A stretch of DNA of 64,000 bases, taken from the NCBI GenBank assembly GCA_024742705.1, contig JANSXZ010000016.1, positions 8,617-72,616 on the forward strand. The letters run 5' to 3'. Shown in pieces: positions 48,500 to 55,600 of the stretch. A program made the translations under genes and the position numbers. This DNA comes from Paracoccaceae bacterium (GTDB lineage: Bacteria > Pseudomonadota > Alphaproteobacteria > Rhodobacterales > Rhodobacteraceae). Each line of letters opens with the position of its first letter. Position 1 is the first letter of the stretch. The notes beneath the pieces are model-generated. The model made no database searches. It saw only the letters and a list, made by a program, of their open reading frames with translations, and was not told the origin of the DNA.

Positions 48500-50364
48500 C
48501 CTCATGCGCGGTGGTTGTGCTGGGCCATGTCGATCACGGCAAATCGGCACTGGTGGAGGCCCTGACCGGCACCCGGACCGACCGCCTGCCCGAAGAGCGC
48601 GCGCGCGGTCTTTCAATCGTGCCCGGCTTTGCCCATTGCGCCTGCGATGCGGGCATCGTCGATCTGATCGACGCGCCAGGCCACCGCGACTTCATCCGCG
48701 CCGTGGTTGCGGGGGCTTCGGGCGCGGCGGCGGCGGTTCTGGTTGTATCGGCGGTCGACGGCCTGCGCGCCCAGACCCTGGAACATCTGGCGATCTCGGG
48801 GTTCCTGGGGCTGATCCCGGCGTTTGTCGCGGTCACGCAGATCGACCGTATCGCGCCGCGCGACCGGCGCGCCTGCCTTGCGCGTATCGCCGGCGCGCTG
48901 GCCGGCACGGGTTTTGCACAGGTGCCGCGCATTGCCTGTTCGGCGGTCACCGGCGAGGGCCTCGGAGATGTGCGCGCCGCGCTTTGCGGCCTGTTGCGGC
49001 GGCCGCCGCCGGATCGAGCCCTTCCGCCCGGCGCGTTCCTGCCGGTCGACCGGGCCTTTGCGCTGCCCGGACGCGGCACCGTTGTCACCGGCACCCTGCT
49101 GGGCGCGCCCCTGGCGCAAGGCGACCGGCTGGTGCTGCATCCCGGCGGCCATGCCGCCCCGGTGCGCGAACTGCACAGCCGCGGAGAACCCTGCGCGCAG
49201 GTGGCCCCCGGCGCGCGGGTGGCTGTCAACCTGCGCGGCGTGGCGCTGGGCGATGTGGCGCGCGGCGCGGTGCTGCATGCACCCGGCGCCGTGCGGCCCG
49301 GACGGTGTGTGGATGTCTGGCTGCGGCTGGGGCCCGGCCCAGACAGCGCGCTGCGGCACATGGACCGGCTGTGGGTGATGTTCGGCGCCACCGGCGCGGT
49401 GGCGCAGGTGCGCCTGCTGGGTGGCGGACAGATGGCCGCCGGCGGGTCCGGGCCGGCGCAATTGCGGTTTGAAACGGCGGTGGTGGCCTACAGCGGGCAA
49501 CATGCGGTGCTGCGCCGGCTTTCGCCCGCCGCGACGATCGGCGGGGCCGTGATCCGCGACCCCGAGGCGACCCCAGCGCGCGCCGGCGATACCGAACGCG
49601 CCGCGCTGTTGCGGGCGGCAGAAACCGGCGATGCCGGGCGCATCGCCGCCGCGCTGATCGATGCGGGCCGCGGCATCGCCGACCGCGCGCATCTGGCACG
49701 GCTGATCCCCGGCCTGCCGAACGCGCTGCCCCGCGGGTATGTGGTGGTGCAGGGCGATCGGTTCGTCAGCGGCGATGCACTGGCCGCCTGCCGCGCCGAT
49801 CTCTGCGCGCGGTTGCAGACTGCCCACGACCTTGCGCCACTGAAACCGCTGGTGCCGCGCGCCGCCCTGCACGACAGGACGTGGCCCGCGCCGCTCTGGC
49901 GGGCGGCCGAAGCCGATCTGATCCGCGATGCGCGAGTGCGTGCCGCCGACGCGGGGCTGGCGCTGGCCGGCCATGACCCCGACGCCCGGATCACCCCCGC
50001 CCAGCGCGCCCGCCAGCACGCCATGGCCCGTGCCCTTCTGGAAGGCGGTCTTGCGCCGCCCACGCCAAAGGAGCTGTGCGCCGATGAAACCGACACCGAT
50101 CTTCTGGCGCTGCTGATCGCGGGCGGCACGGCCGTGGCCCTGCGCAATGTCGCGCTGAACCGGACGCTGGTGTTTCACCATGAGACGCTGAACACCGCCG
50201 CGCGCACCCTGCGCACCGCCTTCGCCCGGCCCTTCACCACCGGCGAGGCGCGCGGCGCGCTGGCCACCACGCGTCGGGTCATCGTGCCGGTTCTCGAACA
50301 TCTCGATGCGCGCGGCCTGACCGAACGCAGCGGCGATCTGCGCCGGTGGGCCGGGCCGCGCTGA
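48496..50364 (+). CDS. selB: selenocysteine-specific translation elongation factor
   Basis: G1 GHVDHGKS and G3 DAPGH, then a long C-terminal winged-helix extension. Its ATG overlaps the selA stop (ATGA). Confidence 0.92.
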   Translation: MTSCAVVVLGHVDHGKSALVEALTGTRTDRLPEERARGLSIVPGFAHCACDAGIVDLIDAPGHRDFIRAVVAGASGAAAAVLVVSAVDGLRAQTLEHLAISGFLGLIPAFVAVTQIDRIAPRDRRACLARIAGALAGTGFAQVPRIACSAVTGEGLGDVRAALCGLLRRPPPDRALPPGAFLPVDRAFALPGRGTVVTGTLLGAPLAQGDRLVLHPGGHAAPVRELHSRGEPCAQVAPGARVAVNLRGVALGDVARGAVLHAPGAVRPGRCVDVWLRLGPGPDSALRHMDRLWVMFGATGAVAQVRLLGGGQMAAGGSGPAQLRFETAVVAYSGQHAVLRRLSPAATIGGAVIRDPEATPARAGDTERAALLRAAETGDAGRIAAALIDAGRGIADRAHLARLIPGLPNALPRGYVVVQGDRFVSGDALAACRADLCARLQTAHDLAPLKPLVPRAALHDRTWPAPLWRAAEADLIRDARVRAADAGLALAGHDPDARITPAQRARQHAMARALLEGGLAPPTPKELCADETDTDLLALLIAGGTAVALRNVALNRTLVFHHETLNTAARTLRTAFARPFTTGEARGALATTRRVIVPVLEHLDARGLTERSGDLRRWAGPR

Positions 50365-50433
50365 CAGGGGCGCCGCTGGACAATGCGGCCACTGCGCGCG
50401 ATGCTGAACCCGATCACAGCCGGAGACCGCAGC

Positions 50434-52026
50434 ATGCCCACCACACCGCCAACCGCCCTGAGCCTCGCGGATCTGTCCGGCCACCCCCACGACCTGCCGC
50501 CCGCGGGCGCCGCGCTGATCTGTTTCGTCAAGGATGATTGCGAAACCTGCAATGTCGCGGCGCCGGTTCTCGGGGCGCTGCACCGGGCCTTCGGCGCGGA
50601 TGTCGCGGTGCGGGTCGTGGCCCAGTCGGGCGCCGCCAACCAAGCCTTTGCCCGGCGCCACGCGCTGGAGATGCCGGTTCTGGACGACACCGCGCTGCGG
50701 GCCGCCTTCACCTGGGACATCGAGGCGGTGCCATCGGTTTTTCTGCGCGACGCCGACGGCGCCACCGTCACCCGGTTCGAAGGATTCGTGCGCGACGACT
50801 GGCAGGCGCTGGCCGGACGGCTTGCCGAGATGACGGCCCGGCCCGCCGCGCAGATCGATTGGGACAGCCTGCCGGCCTGGCGTCCGGGCTGCGGATCGGC
50901 CCATCTGGACCCGGCGGTGAACAACCGGTTGCGCGCCGAAGCCGATGACAGCCCGATCCGCGCCCGCCGGATCGAGGTGGCACCAGCCGACGACATGGCC
51001 GAATTCCTGTTCGACCAGGGGTTCTCGGACGGTTTGCCCCTGGTGCCGCCAACACCCGAACGGGTGCTTCGGATGCTGGGCGGCACACACCGCGACCCGC
51101 AGGAGATCGTTGCCACCGTGCCCCCCAACATGGGCATCGCCACCGTCGAGAAGATCGCGATCAACGCCGTCATGGCCGGATGCAAGCCAGAGTACCTGCC
51201 GGTGGTGATCGCGGCGGTCGAAGCGGTCTGTACCGATGCCTTCAATGTCCATGGCGTCACCGCGACGACCATGGGCGCATCTCCGGTGATGGTGGTGAAC
51301 GGGCCGATCCGCGACCGTATCGGCATGAACAAGGGCCTTGGCGCGCTGGGTGCGGGCAACCGCGCGAATGCCACCATCGGACGCGCGCTGCGGTTGGTCG
51401 TGCGCAATGTGGGCGGCGCGTCCAGCGGCGGTGTCGAACGGTCGACGCTGGGCAATCCGATGAAGTTCACCATGTGCTTCGCGGAATGGGAGGAACGTTC
51501 GCCATTTCCGCCGTTGCATGTGGAACGCGGGTTCGACGCCGGCGATTCCGTGGTGACCGTGTTTGCCATGACCGGCGGCCCGGTGCACATCGTCGATCAG
51601 ACCTCGCGCAGCCCCGATCAGGTGGCCGGATCGCTGGGCCAGGGGCTGGAATCCGTTTTCCTGCCGAAGATGCACAACCTGCCCATCGACGCGCTTCTGG
51701 TGGTGTGCCCCGAACATATCGACACGCTGACGCGCGACGGCCCCTACAGCAAGGAGCGCCTGCGCGCGCGGATTCAGGATGTCACCTCGCGGCCGTTGTC
51801 CGAGATGCTGGCCGATGCGGCATCCGGCGCCGGCATCGGCCCCGAGGACGCCGCCCGGCTGGGCCCCGAGGCGCTGGCCGCGCCGGCGCCGAAATTCGCC
51901 AGCACCGATTACATCCACATCGTTGTCGCCGGATCCGATGCGGGCAAGTTCTCGTCGGCGTTCCACGGATGGGTCACCGGGCCGACGGGATCGACGGTGG
52001 TTTCGCGCAAGATCGATCTGGGCTAG
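50434..52026 (+). CDS. thioredoxin-fold (CxxC) domain protein with a large uncharacterised C-terminal domain
   Basis: The N-terminal roughly 150 aa are redoxin-like with ICFVKDDCETCN (CxxC). The remaining roughly 380 aa (GFSDGLPLVPPTPERVL..., AINAVMAGCKPEYLP) match no family I can name. GGAG lies 8 nt before the ATG at 50434. Confidence 0.8.
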   Translation: MPTTPPTALSLADLSGHPHDLPPAGAALICFVKDDCETCNVAAPVLGALHRAFGADVAVRVVAQSGAANQAFARRHALEMPVLDDTALRAAFTWDIEAVPSVFLRDADGATVTRFEGFVRDDWQALAGRLAEMTARPAAQIDWDSLPAWRPGCGSAHLDPAVNNRLRAEADDSPIRARRIEVAPADDMAEFLFDQGFSDGLPLVPPTPERVLRMLGGTHRDPQEIVATVPPNMGIATVEKIAINAVMAGCKPEYLPVVIAAVEAVCTDAFNVHGVTATTMGASPVMVVNGPIRDRIGMNKGLGALGAGNRANATIGRALRLVVRNVGGASSGGVERSTLGNPMKFTMCFAEWEERSPFPPLHVERGFDAGDSVVTVFAMTGGPVHIVDQTSRSPDQVAGSLGQGLESVFLPKMHNLPIDALLVVCPEHIDTLTRDGPYSKERLRARIQDVTSRPLSEMLADAASGAGIGPEDAARLGPEALAAPAPKFASTDYIHIVVAGSDAGKFSSAFHGWVTGPTGSTVVSRKIDLG

Positions 52027-52052
52027 CGTGATCGCGAAAGGAGGAGAAGCAT

Positions 52053-52571
52053 ATGACAACAATTCTCGACCCGACAGACGAACGCGAACCCGTCGCGCGG
52101 CAGACAACGCCGCGCCCGACGGATCTGCGCGGCGTTGTCGGACTGCTGGACATCAGCAAACCGCGCGGCAATGTCCTGCTGGACGAACTGGCGCGGCTGC
52201 TGACGGACCATGCGCCGGGGCTGGAAGTGCGGCGCTACAAGAAGCCGACCTTTACCAAACCCTGCCCGGATGCGCTGCGCCAGCAGATCCGCGACGAATG
52301 CGATTTCGTCGTCGAAGGTCTGGCCGACTGAGGATCCTGTACGACGTGCAGTATGCACGACACAGTCTGGTTTGAAATCCAGAACATTCCTTCGGTCTCG
52401 GTCGCCTCGGCGGTGTTCGACGAAGCCGCCGATCACCAGCGCCGCGCACTGGGCATGGACGACGCCCGCTATGTGCTGGTGCCGCATCCGATCCAGGATG
52501 CCACCGATGACGAGATGCGCGCCAAGGCACAGGATGCCGTAAGCCGCATCCTGGCCGCGCTGACAGCGTGA
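52053..52571 (+). CDS. selenoprotein with a U-G-S-C motif (UGSC-type); the in-frame UGA at 52329-52331 is read as selenocysteine
   Basis: Track ORFs 52053..52331 and 52353..52571 are in the same frame (offset 300 nt). Read-through gives ...FVVEGLAD-U-GSCTTCSMHDTVWFEIQNIP... with unbroken GC3-rich codon usage, a SECIS-like hairpin just downstream, a strong AAGGAGGA RBS, and selA/selB directly upstream. Confidence 0.85.
52335..52370 (+). promoter_or_regulatory. bacterial SECIS-like stem-loop
   Basis: Core CGUGCA-GUA-UGCACG (52345-52359) is extended by CUGU/ACAG (52337-40 / 52362-65). The apical G and U lie at +20/+21 from the UGA, the same spacing and near-identical upper stem as I recall for E. 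coli fdhF (GCAGGUCUGCAC). Confidence 0.75.
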
Positions 52572-52576
52572 CACGC

Positions 52577-52605
52577 GCCGGCCCCACCTTCGGGATGGGG
52601 GCGGC
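52577..52605. terminator. GC-rich hairpin between the convergent selenoprotein and giant exoprotein genes
   Basis: GCCG-G-CCCCA / loop CCTTCGGGA / TGGGG-G-CGGC: 9 bp with one mismatch and no U-tract on either strand. Confidence 0.35.
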
Positions 52606-52613
52606 GCAGCCCG

Positions 52614-55600
52614 TCAGATGACGATCATATCGGCGGTGATATCGGCCAGAACGGTGTTCTGGAACTGAATCCGTGTGCCCTGATCTTCGAAGGACACATA
52701 GGCATCCTGCCCTTCGAACAATTGCGGCCCCTGCGAGAACAGCGCCAGCACGGCATCGGCATCGGCGTAGCCAAAGCCGTTGAAGGCCAGGGTATCCCAG
52801 GTTTCCAGATCTTCCACCTGGTGGCTGCCCCCGTCGGCCTGATCGAACACGAACTGATCCGACAGAATGCCGCCGCGCAGGATGTTGTCCCCGCCCCCGC
52901 CATCGAGAACGTCGTCGGTGCCCTGTGCCCTGACCCAGGCGGCCACGTCGGCGTTGGTGGCGGCGATGAACTCGGGGCTCTGCGAGAACCCGCGCACCAC
53001 CTCGACACGCGAAAGGCCCCCGTCCATCAGCGCCAGCCAGCTGGCCACTTCCGCATCGGCGGGCGAACGGCCCAGAACGTTGTTGTAGAGCAGCGACACG
53101 AACGCCGTGTCATCGAGCGCACCGTAGGTCAGTCCGAATTCGTCCGACGCGGTGAAACCTCCGACAACGCTCAGGAATTCGGTGCCGCCGGCCAGTTGCG
53201 TGGCCCAGCCCGTCAGCCCGGCCACATCCGGTTCGCGGTCCAGCGTCGCCTTGTAGAGACGGAACACGTCGTCGGTCCAGTAGCTGCTGGCGCTTTGCTG
53301 GATGAAAACGTCGAACGACGCGGTGGTCTGCGCCTCGAATTCGGGGCTGAGCGACAGGCCCAGAACGACACCTTCGCGCGACCCGCCGTTCGCCAACTGT
53401 TCAAGCCAGCCGTTCAGGCCGGTTTCGTCCGCCGACCGGCCCAGCACGTTCTGATAGAGCGTTTCGATAAAGCTGCGGTCGTCCAGCGTTCCGTAGGTTT
53501 TCAGGAACTCCTGCGAGGTGATGAAGGCGGTTGTGATCTCGGGCAGCGGCAGGTTGCGGAACTGGCTGCCGTAATCCATCCATCCCGCAAAGCCCACCGC
53601 ATCCGGGTCACGATCCAGCGTGGCGCGGTACAGCCTGTAAAGCTGGGCGCCGGGCAGACCTTCATAGCGGAACAGCCCGCGCAGATCGCCCGAAAGCTCA
53701 TCGCTGCTTTCGGCAAGGTCGCTGCCGATCAAAAGGTCGTTGCCGCCGTTCCCGACCAGAACGTTGCGAACGTTCTGGGAATCGGGGGACGGCGCAGCGA
53801 TCAGCCGTTCGGCTTCGGGCGTGCCCATGGCCAGAAAGACATTGTTGGCATCCGGTGTCGCGCGCAATTCGGGACGGGCGGCAATGCCCGAAAGGGTTTC
53901 AGAGAACACCGCGCCCGTACCGCCGAACGCATCGGTTGTCTGCACCAGAACCGAAATCGCTGCCCCGGCATCTGCCAGGTTCAGCGTATAGGTCTGGTCT
54001 GTGGCGCCCGAGATCTGCACCCCGTTGCGCTGCCACTGATAGGTGGTTTCGGTGATCCCGTCCTCGTCGGTCAGGTCGGGTCGGGCGGTCACGGTGCTGC
54101 CTTCGACGGCGGGGCCGGTGATCCGCACCGTGCCGGTCAGCGGATCGTCGCGGTTGCTCACCGCTTGCGTCGGCAGCGACGTGACCGTTTCCAGCGTGCC
54201 TGCTGCGTCGGTATAGCTGACGCGCACGGAAATCTGTGCGTTCACATCCGGCTGGCGCAGCTGATAGGTTGCTTCGGTCGCGCCGGGGATGGGCGTGCCG
54301 CCGCGCAGCCATTCGTAGGAAAACGCGCCAATTCCATCGACGTCGCGCAGATCGGTCAGAACCCTCAGGGTATCGTCTTCCCGGGCAGTGCCCGACACGG
54401 AAACGGTGCCTTCGGGTTCGTCGTTGACATCGACAACAGGTTCGGTGCGCGCGGAATCCACTTCTTCGCGGGTCGACTGATCATCGGTGTAGGCAACGGT
54501 GACAGAGATCCTCTGGCCCACGTCCTGCTGGGTGGTGGTATAGGTGGCATCGGTCGCGCCCGCGATGGCCGCATCGCCGCGCTTCCACTGATAGGAAAAC
54601 GCGCCGCTGATACCGTCGCTGTCACTCAGCCCGGAGGCATCCGCCGACAGGACCGCCCCCTGCACCGCATCGCCACTCAGGATAACCTCGCCAACGGGCA
54701 GGTCGTTGATGTTGCGCACCACCTGACCGGGCGAGGATTCCACCGTTTCCTCGGTCCGGAAAAGATCGGTGTACCGCGCCTGAACGGTCACCCGCGCGCC
54801 CACGTCCGCCTGCCCCAGCGTATAGCTGGTGCCGGTGGCACCGGACACCGGATCGCCATCGCGCAGCCACTGATAGGTAACGTCTTCGGGCCGGAAGGTA
54901 TCGTAATCGGTCAAGGTCGAGATATCGGCGGTAAGAACCGCGTCTTCGATCCTTTCGCCGGACACACCTACAGAACCGATGGGCGTATGGTTGCGCCCCA
55001 CGCCTTCCAGCGTCAGCGTGCCGCCGTCGTGAAAGGTGATGAACCTGTTGCCATCGCCGTCCAGCGTGACCTGCATCTGCGCAAGCTGATCGAGGGTGAA
55101 GCCGCTCAGGTCGATTGAATCGCGGCTTTGCTGATAATCGGTGATGACATCGTTGCCGTCCCCCGGAGCGAAGACGAACGTGTTGCCCGTGCTGAACGAG
55201 GTGCCGCCCGACAACCGGTCGTCGCCGGTGCCGCCGATCAGCGTGTCAGACCCGCTGCTGCCGGTGATCGTGTCGTTGCCGGCCTGGCCGTCCAGCCTGT
55301 CATCGCCCGCGTCGCCCTGCACCGAATCGTCGGCCTGGGTACCGGTGAAGGCGTCGTTGCCGTTGCCCATGTCGATGATGTCGAACACCTCGTAGGACGT
55401 GATCCCGGAGAGATCGAAGGTATCCGCGCCATCGGTGCCGTCGAGATCGCCGTTCACCAGGTCCAGCCTTTCGATCGCCGCCGATGCCGGCAGGTTGATC
55501 TGCTGAAACAAGCCTTCGGTCGGGCGATACAGGTCTTCTCCGGCGCCGCCGTTCAACGTGTCGTCGCCACCGTGGCCCAGAATGGTATCGTCGCCGCCGC

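Noticed and set aside
48613-52107. 1164-aa minus-strand ORF antisense to selB and the Trx-domain gene. The same applies to the other long shadow ORFs: 6681..8891, 22800..25193, 27953..29779, 29852..31438, 35852..37681, 42117..43733, 44739..47117, 52722..55118, 57536..58681, 61101..62726 and 62856..63953.
   Set aside because: All have Arg/Gly/His/Gln-rich composition without recognisable motifs. All lie opposite genes with strong family signatures and GC3-biased codon usage, so they are artefacts of the scarcity of stop codons in GC-rich DNA.
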